This document shows, piece by piece, positions 51,401 through 62,584 of a stretch of 64,000 bases of DNA; positions within the stretch are counted from its first letter, which is position 1, and every line of letters starts with the position of its first letter. The notes below the pieces were generated by a model, which saw only the letters and a program-made list of their open reading frames with translations, made no database searches and was not told the DNA's origin. This stretch comes from Takakia lepidozioides. Taxonomy: Eukaryota; Plantae; Bryophyta. The position numbers were made by a program, and so were the translations under genes. Location of the stretch: assembly GCA_030704615.1 (NCBI GenBank), contig CM060733.1, positions 620,001-684,000 of the forward strand. Direction: 5' to 3'.

Positions 51401-53018
51401 GTATTTTGCCACGCAGCCCAAGTTGTCCCCAAAACAACTTAGGTGGCAAGATACTTTGGCGGTGTTCGACGTGGATATCCAGTACAAACCGGGACGAGAC
51501 AACGTGGTGGCCGATGCTTTAAGTAGAAAGCAGCAGCTCTTGTTGGTGTACAAGGGCGAGACGGCGCTCCAAAGGAAGATCCGGAAGGCTTGCCGGAAGG
51601 ATGAGCTGGCGAAGTCCGTGATGCAGGACTTGAGGATGGGGGTTAAATCGCAGTTCCACTTGCAAAATGGACTGCTCCGGTATAAGCAAAAACGTCTCTA
51701 CGTGCCGAAGGGAGGGATCAGAGATAGCCTCTTGAGAGAATGCCATGATAGCCCGCTTGCGGGCCACGGCGGAGCCAAGCGCACTGCGGCACTCTTGAAG
51801 AAAGAGTATTTCTGGCCCAAACTGAGGGAGGAGGCAGAGGAGTATGTCAAGACATGCACCACATGCCAACAAAACCGGAGCGAGTACAAAAAGCAAGCGG
51901 GGCTGTTACAACCCTTGCCGATTCCAGAGGGGACTTGGGAAAGCGTCTCGATGGATTTCATGACTGCTATGCCGCTGTCAAAAGGATTCGATGCAATCAT
52001 GGTGGTGGTGGATAGGTTCAGTAAAATGGGCCATTTCATCCCCACCAAGGAGACGGCAACGGCGCAGGAAACAGGGCGACTTTACTTCGCCCACGTCTTA
52101 AAGCATCATGGAGTCCCGAAGGATATTGTCTCGGACCGCGATCCAAAGTTTACGAGTAAATTTTGGAGGGCACTTTGGAAGAAGATGGGGACGAGGCTGA
52201 AGATGAGCACCGCCTTCCGACCTACGACCGACGGCCAAACAGAAAGAGTGAATTCCGTAGTGAAGCAGATCTTGCGGAATTACGTGTCGGCAGACCAAAC
52301 AGACTGGGTGGAACACTTAGACGCGGCAGAGTTCTGTTATAATAACACAGAACACTCCGCAACGGGAGTTTCCCCTTTCGTATTGGTCTATGGAAAAGCA
52401 CCTCTGGTGCCGACAAGTTGGGCCGCCCAGGACGTTGAGGAACCGGCAGTAGCGGCGGTACTGGAAGAACGCGAGCGTTTGTTGAAGCTCGCAAAGTACA
52501 ACATTGCCAAAGCTAGGAAACGGTATGAAAGGCAGGCGAATCGGAAGCGGAGGGAAGTGAAGTTTGAGGCAGGCACGGAGGTCTGGTTGAACATCAAGAA
52601 TTTCCGACTACCTCCGGAAGTGAGTCCGAAGTTCGTACCTCCGTATGCGGGACCCTTTCGCATTCGGAAGGTTATGAATGAGGATGTGTATGAATTGGAG
52701 CTGCCGGCAAACAGCAAGGTGCACCCAGTATTCCATGTCTCCCTTTTGAAGCCTTACTTCAAAGATGAAGCGCGTCCGAATCGGCATCAAGTGTTGCGTC
52801 CGCCACCTATGCTGTTGGATCATGAAAATGAACCTGAGTACGAGGTGGAGGCAATACTTAAGTCGAGGAGGTTCAAGAACCGAGAAACGGAGTATCTCGT
52901 CAAATGGAAGGGCTATCATCATGTGGAGGCATCTTGGGTGCGTGCCTCAGAAATGGGAAACGCATCCGAGGCGGTTGCAGCTTTCGAAGGGCGACCTCAA
53001 AAGCGGAAGAAGCGTTGA
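48462..53018 (+). pseudogene. gag-pol polyprotein broken by ~7 frameshifts
   Basis: Zn knuckle CFNCGEPGHMAKKC; protease LVDTGAS; RT YIDD; RNase H TDASD; integrase H-H-C-C, SMDF, SDRD, GPF; chromodomain YEVEAIL...YLVKWKGY...ASW. Confidence 0.93.
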
Positions 53019-53922
53019 TGGGGACATCAACCTTGGAGCGTGGGGGAGGAAATGCATGCTTAGCCCGGCTTAGCTAGCTTAGGAATCCGATTGCAAAAAC
53101 TTGTATTGTACAAAACGTGCTATAAATGAAATGGCTTCCAAATGTTGTGCGTCCTATTTTGTTTGGAATGGTGATGCATGGTATGGTTGGCTAGTGTGTA
53201 GAATGCATGCTAGCTTATAAAAGTGGGAGAGGTAAATTGGGTTAATCGTGTGTTTGCGTAGTGCCGAAATCGGGTGACCCCCATCCAAGGGGCAAGGAAA
53301 CTTGCGCCTTCTTTAGGAGTTCACGTGCTAGTGCGCACCTGGCGCGTGCGCATACTATAACTGCGCTACCGAGGGGGTTGCCTTGTAGTGCGGGCTACGT
53401 GGAAGCTACGTGCTTCCGTTCACGTACTATAATCGTGTAGCCTCGGGACGAAGTCGTAGTGCGGCTTCGGCGTGTTCCCGTACCTCAGGCCAGCATTCCA
53501 AGGCGGACCCAATTGTAGTGATTGGGGCGCACGGTTGGTTTAAGGTTATCTTCCTAGTCAAAGAGGGTTCCAGGTGAACCCTTGCTCAAGGTGATGCCAA
53601 AAGCGGCATCATGAGCGGTCGCAAGCAATGTTGTTGCAATAAGGCGATTCGATCCTCGGGGAGGATCGTTCCTTGGCCTTGAAGTAGGCCAAGAAGAGTG
53701 CACTGGGAGGAGCTTGAGAGGCTCCACCCTTGGCCGGGACTTGGAGGAAGTCGGCCGAACTAGCTAGTGGAGAGTAGAGTCAAGTGTGGGGTTTGGTTCT
53801 TTGCCATGGGACGCCATGGTACGGAAACAAACTCCTTGATGTGGGACGCCACAACTTGGATGTTCGTTTCTACAAAATGGACAAGTCGATGAGGACATCG
53901 ACTCCCTGTTGGTAGGGGTGTG

Positions 53923-54643
53923 TGTCGCGGCCCTTTGCCTTGAGGGCAGGGGGTCGGGACACATGAGGGGCTGCCCCTGTGGTGGGGGCAGCGGCAGCGA
54001 TAGGTATGGGGGGCTGAAGCACCCTTGAGTGCCCAAGGCACTCAGCGGAGGCGCTCACTAGGTGGAGCCCCGCACACCGGGTTGCGGTGGGGGTGGCTCC
54101 ACAAGGGGTGGTGGTAGCTTAGCGGGACTTAGTGGGGGTGGCATAGGACTCACCATGGGGGCGGAGACCTCGTGGTGGGAGTCGTGGGGAGTCTTGGGAC
54201 TCATCACGGTCCATAGGGGCCGTGGTGAGTGGGCCAAGACTCACCGCGACTCATCACCGGGAGTCGAGGATTTTCGTGGTGGTTCGCCATAAAATGGCAT
54301 GGCTGGTTGTGAAACCCCCGCGGACAGCTACAGAAGTATATATAGGGAGTAGTAACCCCGAGAACGGTGCAAGCCCGTTGGTGACCAAAACTAGTGAGTA
54401 AGCGAGCGAGCCGGAAAGCGACCAAAGAGTGGGGAGCTGTTCCGGACTGCCAACTACCAAAGGGAATTCCCGCTGGTTCCAAATCGGTGGAGGGTTCTTT
54501 GGGAGAACAAAGGGGGACCGTTATGCCCCGGTGAGCAGCCGAAGCTCCAAGTTTGCCCGGCGGCCAGGTTGGGAGTCAGGCGCGCGCATCAAAGCGAGTA
54601 ACTATGACTTGAGGGGGAGCTTACCGAAGTGAGGTGCGCGACA
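53923..54643 (+). repeat. 3' LTR (721 bp), preceded by a PPT at 53911-53922
   Basis: Direct repeat of 47703-48406. Confidence 0.96.
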
Positions 54644-54648
54644 TACTC

Positions 54649-56723
54649 GCAAAAACCAATTTAGTCCACTCCCCGGACTACTTGGCCAGAATTTGAGACC
54701 ATACTCACAACATTAATGCAAGAAATGACAAGAAGTGTCACTGCCACGTGCTCTACCCCTCCTGAGATCCCTCAAACCCCATGCTCCAAACAAAATGGAG
54801 GCTACCTCACTCGCACACAAAAACGCGCATGGACATCGCATACCATACGATCAGACACGCCCTCACTATCATACCTACCACCACCACTACACACCCAGGA
54901 AACAACTGGAGAATGGACCCCCGCATCGTTTGCTTAAAATCCCTCAAAATCCACCAATCACTCATCCTTCCACCTAACAATCCCCATGAAATTCCTAACT
55001 GGATAGTTGCACTCTCTGAAGCTGGAAGAGATGCCAAGAAAGCCGCGTACAACATCACTAAACAAAAAGCTACCGACAACCACAAAAAATTTGTCTCCTC
55101 CTTTAACCAACTACTACATGACCCCCCAAAAAAGCCCACAAAGCCATCTTCAATCCTGCCCTCAACCCACCTATCGACTGCATCAAACACCAACTTGGGC
55201 ACCTGCTAACTGGCCCAAAAGATATCAACTTAGAAATATGGTCACAAGCATCCTCCACCTACACACCCACAGCTACCAACTGTCTGCATCCCACTCTCCA
55301 CACTGCTCATTGCATGTGTAAAGCTAAACACTACCCATGGCATGACATAGACGGCTTCTCAATAGACAATAGAGGCTCCTACCGATCGTATCCTTGACCT
55401 CTTCACACCTGACCTCTACGAATCTTGTCTTAAAAAATATCCAAATCTAAAGCCCCAGGCCCCGATCTGATACCTTACGCTATACTTCAAGCACTAGACC
55501 CTCAACTCCATCACTTCCTTTTTAAATTTTTCCAGCTATGCTATAAACTACAATGCATACCACACACCTGGAAGCATAGTCGCACCATTTTACTCTTTAA
55601 GAAAGGTGACCCAACAGATCTTAGCAACTACAGACCCATAGCTTACCATATATAAACTATTTACTAGCACGTTAACCACCATGTTGTCCAACTATGGTGA
55701 ACAACACCGCATTCTAAGTGACCCCAAAGAAGGATTCCGAGCTATGCGTAGTACAACCCGACAAATATAATATGTAATGTCCGCCCTTGAAGACGCCAAA
55801 CTTACTAAGCAATAATATATCTCCTATATGTCGATTTTAAAAACGCCTTTGGCTCTCTATATCACGCAAGACTACTCTCTATTATGATTGATCTTAGATA
55901 CCCCATTGATGTCATCCAACTCATAAGAAACATCTACACAAACAGTACAACAGAATACTCTGGAGCATATTATGGCTCCACTCCACCGATTCCAATATTA
56001 TGAGGTATTATCCAAGGAGACCCCTTAAGCCCGTATCTCTTCATTGTATTCTTGGAACCCCTACTCAGATGGCTAGCCCGCGGCAAGCTAGGTTATCAAT
56101 ATAAAACCTCTTCAAGCGACATCTCCGCCGCAGCATACGTAGATGACCTTGCTATTCTCACACATAAACCGCAACATCTAAACAGACAAGTCACCAAATT
56201 GTTTAGATTCAACCAATGGTCAGGCATGAAACTAAGCCTACACAAATGTGCTATCACAGCCGCCACACACCACAGTTGACTCATTAAAACCTCCATCGCT
56301 TCTCACTGTAAACTATATGTCTATTACCAAAACAAACCCTTCCCCTTTCTAGGGCCGGATGAGCCATACACTTATCTAGGAATTCAATTAGTATCTTCTC
56401 TCACTTGGCACATACAGAAATAATCTACAACATCTAAACTCGCTGGCAAAAGCTTGGCCCTACTCAAATCCCCAATTGTCATTCGCCCAAAACTATCAAT
56501 TATTCAAACAGTTTTACAAACCCAAAGTCAATATGCATTCCACACTGCACCCTTCTCCCTACCAGATATAAAAAAACTCGACAAAGCGAGTATGTGGTTT
56601 ACCAGTCAGTACCCCCAATGCTCTAACGCAACTCCTAACCGATAGCTATGGTATTGGCTCAAGCCCATTAATTATTTCGTACGCCCGTACACTAGGCACA
56701 CAATTGAAAGAAGCACTAAATGA
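54649..56723 (+). pseudogene. LINE reverse transcriptase domain (continuation after the chromovirus)
   Basis: KAPGPD, WKHSRTILLFKKGDPTDLSNYRPIAL, VDFKNAFGS, GIIQGDPLSPYLF, AAYVDDL, WSGMKLSLHKC, YTYLGI. Confidence 0.9.
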
Positions 56724-58276
56724 TCATGGACGTTAAATATGAGCGGTGAGCGGTGAGCGGTGAGCTGGAAATCGCGAGCCCATAATATATATTATATATG
56801 ATTATGAGTAAAGATGGGTCGTCAAAACATTAAGAAATGGGACGTATTTCCGCGGATTACTGCATAACGACCCTATATCCGAGGAAGCCAAAAAATGACA
56901 ATATAAGGGACAATATAAGGGTGTAGAAAAAATAATTATAAAAAAAAAAAAAAAAAACACACTGTTGTCTGGTATGCGCCGGCGCATACGAAATATGAAG
57001 GTCAATGTCCCCTGTTTTGTAAAATATAAAAAACAAAAAATTATTTTTTAAAAACAAAACACTGTTGTCTGGTATGCGCCAGCCCATACGAAATATGAGG
57101 ACCTGTCCCCTGTTTTGGAATATATATATATATATATATAATTGAATCAAAATTTTAAGAAATAATTGTTTTCTTAAAAATACACTGTTATCTGGTATGC
57201 GCCGGGGCATACGAAATATGAGGGCCATTGTCCCCTGTTTTGTATAAATAAATATTCTTCTTTCTTATATTAAGAATTGTTTTACTTAAAAACAAAACAC
57301 TGTTGTCTGATATGCGCCGGCGCATATGAGGGCCAGTGTCCCCTGTTTTGTAAAACAAAAAATTAAAAACAAATTAAAAAAATTGTTTTTGAAAAAAATC
57401 TGTTGTCTGGTATGCGCCGGCGCATACGAAATATGAGGGCCATTGTTCCCTGTTTTGTAAAACAAAAATTAAATAATTAAATAAAAATTATGTTTTAAAA
57501 AAAAATTCTGGTATTCGCCGTCGCATAGAAATATGAGGGCCACTATCCCCTGTTTTGTAAAAACTTTTAAAAAAATTTGCTTAAAAAAAAAAAAATGTTG
57601 TCTGGTATGCGCCGGCGCATACAAAATATGAGGGCCATTGTCCCTTGTTTTGCAAGGAAAAAAAAAAAAAAAAAAAAAACCCGAGGAAACCGTTCTGAGA
57701 TTCATTCCTGCTGAGGATGGCTTGTTGTACAGGAGCTCTACGACTTTGCTTTCTTGCTAACTGCATCCGATCCTCTCAAACAATCAACCTCTAAAGATAC
57801 TGCCCACTCCACCCCTCTAGCGTCCGCCATCGTCCCTCCCTCCCTGTCTGTCCACCTCCTTGCTTGTACCGGATTTTTTCTCTCTATGATTGCATATGCA
57901 TTATTGGGTGCGTACATGTGGCGGGATTGCATACGTACGTACGTACGTCATACACACACGACGTAGCCACATTCATCTACGCATAGGACTATGCATCCAC
58001 ATCCATTATTTCATCCCGGACATCCCGGATAATGTTCCATTCAAACACAACGACATTCATCCATTTCCTAGCATGCAAGGACTTGGTATGTAAACCACGT
58101 CTAAATGGATGAAACAGATGGATGGAATGGATGTAACAAATGTCATCTGCAATGACTGAAAATGGTTAATCAATCCGCGGAAATAGGCCCTGCAAGTTCG
58201 GAATTCCATGCTGACGTGGGGTGAGCCTCTGCCGGGCTCTTGGGCTCACAGACTCATGCCTCCAGGCTCAACCCTG
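56724..58276. mobile_element. Non-autonomous composite insertion in the LINE; 8-10 bp TSD; ends ...AACCCTG; contains a nested TIR pair
   Basis: CTAAATGA(TC) at 56716 and 58277; removing the insert restores EALNDLGRLG. Inner inverted repeat gg.c.tatttccgcggatt at 56839-56857 / 58172-58190. Confidence 0.7.
56955..57655. repeat. Seven ~100-120 bp tandem units containing the 18-bp palindrome GTATGCGCCGGCGCATAC
   Basis: Conserved ~60-bp core ctgttgtctggtatgcgccggcgcatacgaaatatgagggccattgtcccctgttttg with variable AT spacers. Confidence 0.92.
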
Positions 58277-59919
58277 CTAAATGATCTTGGGCGCCTTGGT
58301 ATCATCTATCAGGGGCTCCTTAGATTCCTTGCCCAAAAATACAACGGTCTTCACTCATTATCATCCCTATACCCACAAGCTTGCCTACACTCCCCTACTG
58401 CGCGAACACTACTCATCATCTGTCAAATGAAAATAAGTATAAAAACTGATCTACCAGGCTACCATAACACTTCTTCACCATTGGAACGCGCATGGATCAC
58501 AAGTCATTTCCTATCACAAGTCGAACTCTCTCACCCAAAACAAAAAATTCTCATCCTCACTTACTTCAAAGAGCGCCACATTACTACCCTCACCCAACTT
58601 ATCACAGTAACAGGTCGTCGACTTTTAAGGCCAAGTGAATTCACTACTATATTCTCACGTGCTACAACCAAAACTAGTCGGTACTTACAGCACCTCCGCA
58701 CACTCTTCTGCCACCCATCCCAAGCCTGCATTCTCGATTGTGATTTCCCTTGCCCTTACTACCCACACACAGCCCAAGATCTGCTTCCTTAATATAGGAC
58801 CACCCCAACCACCTCCATTTACCAGAAGCTTTGCACATCAAACACCGTTAACACCCCCGCACCTACAGAACTTGATCCCCTCCTTCAAGTACCTGCCATG
58901 CAACAAACTATGCTAACCAGCAACTCTTCCCTAACACTAACCTCCCCAGCCAATACACGAGACACTCCCACCCCCCCCCCACTATCCCCCTCATGCCCCA
59001 CCCCCACCTCCCCACATAACTCTGATAACCTGATGTCTATGTCATTGAAGCCATACTACGTATTAAAACCCAAACGTCAATTGACGCCTTCGGGGCCACC
59101 TGTGTTGACACATACTACCATTGCAAGTGGGCCGGCTACCCTGATGAAGACAACACATAGCAAATATAAGATGATCTATTTGGCTCACACGACGATTGTG
59201 ACCCAGACCACAATCTCACCCTTCTCATCATGTTCTACAAAACCACTAACACTGACTACCTAACACATATCCACCAACAACACGCCACCCCCATCCAGCA
59301 TACAGACAATAGGTACATTCATAAGCCGATCTCGGCCCCCAACGTGCACATATGCATAACTGGATGTAACCCGGACAAAGATATCCAACATGCTCAACCA
59401 CTCATCCGCATGGGCCCCCGCCTTTCTAGTATATATGCACAAAATGGCCGCTACATAGGGCGTATCCCCAACGATAGATTAACATGGCTATGGAGCAAGT
59501 ACTCTACCCCAAAGACATACCCACAAGAGCTACTCCCACCAAAGCAAGATTTTGCCACAGAAGTATATTGGCTTATAGACTGCTGTCTCAAAGACACCCC
59601 CCCTAAAAAACCACGTTCCCTTGCACAGCTGGAAACGGCAAGCGCACATCATACTATCCCCCAAGATATTCTCGCCTTACTTGTCAAAACATTCCAAATC
59701 ATTCATTCATACTACTCCAACCCGCTAACCTGCCATATGGAACTAGATACATTTGCTAGCCCACATCACAGAGATTGTATTTTCGGAGCCATTGGTAATG
59801 CTACTCAGCATATCTGGGAGGGCCGTGGTCTCGCCCACCCTCCATCCGACCCCCTCGCTCATGAAGCTCTTCAATGGGCCAAATTCATTGCGCATTCATC
59901 TCCTTATGCCTCAACTATC
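58277..59919 (+). pseudogene. LINE post-RT region with a chromodomain (59038-59178) and a PCIF1-like methyltransferase-like domain (59647-59919)
   Basis: YVIEAIL...YYHCKWAGYPDEDNT*Q; HHTIPQDILALLVKTFQIIHSYYSNPLTC...FASPHHRDCIFGAIG...GRGLAHPP. Confidence 0.65.
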
Positions 59920-60159
59920 CCTAATTGCAAATTTGGACGTGACGTGGCGTTGACACGTCAGCGTCACGTTTGACGTCTGCGACGGACGTGCGTCACGTCA
60001 CGTCGTAAACCGACGTTACTGTACATAAATATGTTTATTTTTTTACTTTACTATTGACTATTTACTATGAGAACCGACGTGACAACCGATGTGGCCTCAT
60101 TACGTGGACTTCATTAATTATCTCTAAAATTCATATATTATAATTTATATTGTCAATCA

Positions 60160-60575
60160 TGCGACCGTCAGCAAAGGTTGGTCGGACAATTTTTTTAAAA
60201 AAAAAATAGGTGCGACCACCAGAAGGGGGTGGTCGCACATTTTTTCTTAATTTTTAAATGGGTACGACCACCAGCAGGTGGTGGTCGCAACATTTTCATT
60301 TTTTCTAATAGGTGCGACCACAAGCAGAGGGTGGTCGCACATTTTTCTTTTTTTAAAATTGGGTGCGACCACCAGCAGGTGGTGGTCGCAACTTTTTCAT
60401 TTTTTTTAAATAGGTGCGACCATTAGCAGGGGATGGTCGCACATTTTTAATTTTTTTTTAAATGGGTGCGACCACCAGCCGGTGGTGGTCGCAGACTTTT
60501 TCTTTTTTGTTATTAGGTGTGACCGCTCCCTGGACACGTGGCGAGGCGTGAATGGGCAGCAAAGGCGGTCGCACG
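60160..60575. repeat. Array of ~8 hairpin units GGTGCGACCACC-N-GGTGGTCGCA with T-rich spacers
   Basis: Seen directly; ~51 bp period. Confidence 0.92.
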
Positions 60576-60593
60576 CCAGGCCTCTCCAGGCAG

Positions 60594-60600
60594 TATATAA
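60594..60600 (+). promoter_or_regulatory. Putative TATA box just inside the hairpin array (mirror copy at 181-187, minus strand)
   Basis: GTATATAAGG follows the last GCGGTCGCA unit at both arrays; ORF ATG at 60907. Confidence 0.5.
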
Positions 60601-60906
60601 GGGCCTACCCCTCATTCCCAACCCACTTTTTTCCCCCTCTGTGAGTCCGGTTCTGGGGCTTCTTGGAGTTTGAACTTCGGTGGCCAGGACTGAGCATGGG
60701 GGGGGGGGGGGGAGAAAGAGAGAGAAAGTGGATTTGTGTGGGGGAGGAGTTTTTGCCTTTTTTTTCATGGGACTGTGGGAGAGTTTGCTTTGGGTACTAT
60801 ACCAATAGAGGGTGAGGAAATTGGTCTGCTAGTATATAAGGTTATCAATAGTCTGGGTTTAGTTTTCTGTTACGAAGCCGCATCTATTCCGCAGAGTACT
60901 TTCATC

Positions 60907-62422
60907 ATGTCCAGAAACGTTGCTTCGAACGCAGTGTCAGGGGGTTCCTCGGGAAGTGGGCGTAAAGGTAGGAAGCGTAAATATGCACATGAACGGGATA
61001 GTCAGGTCAACAAAAAAGACTATCCAAGCGTAGAGGCCGCGAAGATGGTGAAGCAAGTAGTGCTGGATTATTTGAAGGACAATGACATAATACGTTTGAA
61101 TCTTTTGTATGTCCGACATGGGAATGAGGGGTTCCTTAGATTCCAGCACAATATGGAGATGAGAATGAGGGAGGCTTTGGCCGGGGATGAATGGGAAGAG
61201 GACAAGGCGAAGTTCCAGTTCACGAAATGGATGGAGGACCGGGCCCATGATGCCACATGGAATCTGAGGCAAACCATGGACAAGTTTGTTACGAGAACAC
61301 CTGTAGCTGAAGGTCGCATGTCAACTTTGGAGGAGGAGTTGTTTGTGCTTGTGGATTGGTGGTCTGACATGGCAAAAGCCCACGCCAAACGACGTACGAA
61401 ACCACTCCCATGGAAGGCAGGGTCCTCGTCCGCGGATGCGGCATTGAACGTGAGATACATATCCACAAACGCACATGTACAACAACTCGACGCGCCCAAA
61501 CAAGGAGGGTATGGTATAATTCGGAGGGTTTTTTCATCCATACCGGATGGACTCTGGCAGTTTTCTCACCCGCCCTATAACAATTTTTCATCCATACTGG
61601 ATGAACTACCAAGGTTGTCAAAGTCCAACATAACAATGAGGCGTTGGCTGTAAAGTTCCATCATTTCGGCATCATAAAATATTTTGCGTTGCATCCACAT
61701 CAAAATGAAGGTTACACACATTGGTGGAATGGGGGGACCATACGATCATGGTTGAGAATTGACAGGAAATGGGGGAATGATCGGGATAACATGGAGTTAA
61801 TGGAACGACGGGGGACGGAGCAGGAAATGCAGGAGGTCAACCGACTGGTTCGATTCCGACAGAATCGCACCCAATTGGCATGGGCGCTTTTGCACGTCAT
61901 GCTCAACGTCCATAATCACCACCTCTTGCACAACGACATATCCCCCGACAACATCTTGTTGCATTTTCCACAAGGGTCTGAAGATGTGTACATCGGGGTA
62001 TGCAATTGGGGGATGGCCTCCACGACGGATGACCCAAAAACCACGTTGTACATTTTCGAGAGCAGAGACAAGATGATAAAGACTCTCGCACATAGATGGT
62101 GGATTGCACCTGAAATTTCAATTGTTCATAATGTAGCCAACAATCAGTCAGATGGCACACCTCGTAGGCCCCTCTAACCGTGCCATCAGAGACCTTTGTA
62201 ATTGGGAAGATAGCCCAGACAATAAATGGGGGTAACACGTTCGATGCAAGCCTGTTCAACGATATGTCTACTGGAACCTGTTTTGCTTCCGCTCTGGAAA
62301 ACTTGTGTGTAGACACAGTAGAGTTGCGGTACAAACTAGAAAATGTTGTGAAGCGTTTCATGACGGGGCTATTCAATTGGCCTGAGCCCAAAAATTGTTG
62401 GAGGATGGATAGAAACTTGTAG
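60907..62422 (+). pseudogene. Intronless protein-kinase-like cargo gene with N-terminal extension, frameshifted
   Basis: GGYGIIRRV (G-loop), WWNGGTI, HNDISPDNILL (catalytic loop), VCNWG (DFG position), WWIAPE; basic GRKGRKRK NLS-like N-terminus. Confidence 0.75.
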
Positions 62423-62584
62423 ACCTCTGACTTTACATCATGTTTGAATAAATGTTGTTTTCAATTGTGTTTGTCTCGTACCATAATGTTTTAAATGTTT
62501 GTTACTTGGCCATGGCACCTGGGTCCATCATATGGGATAATCAAGCACCACACCCACGAATCTTGAAGAGTGACAGTGTACACC

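Larger units (their letters stand above)
47703..54643 (+). mobile_element. Full-length Ty3/gypsy chromovirus LTR retrotransposon
   Basis: TG...CA LTRs, TSD TACTC (47698-47702 / 54644-54648), PBS, PPT, gag-PR-RT-RH-IN-chromodomain order. Confidence 0.97.
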
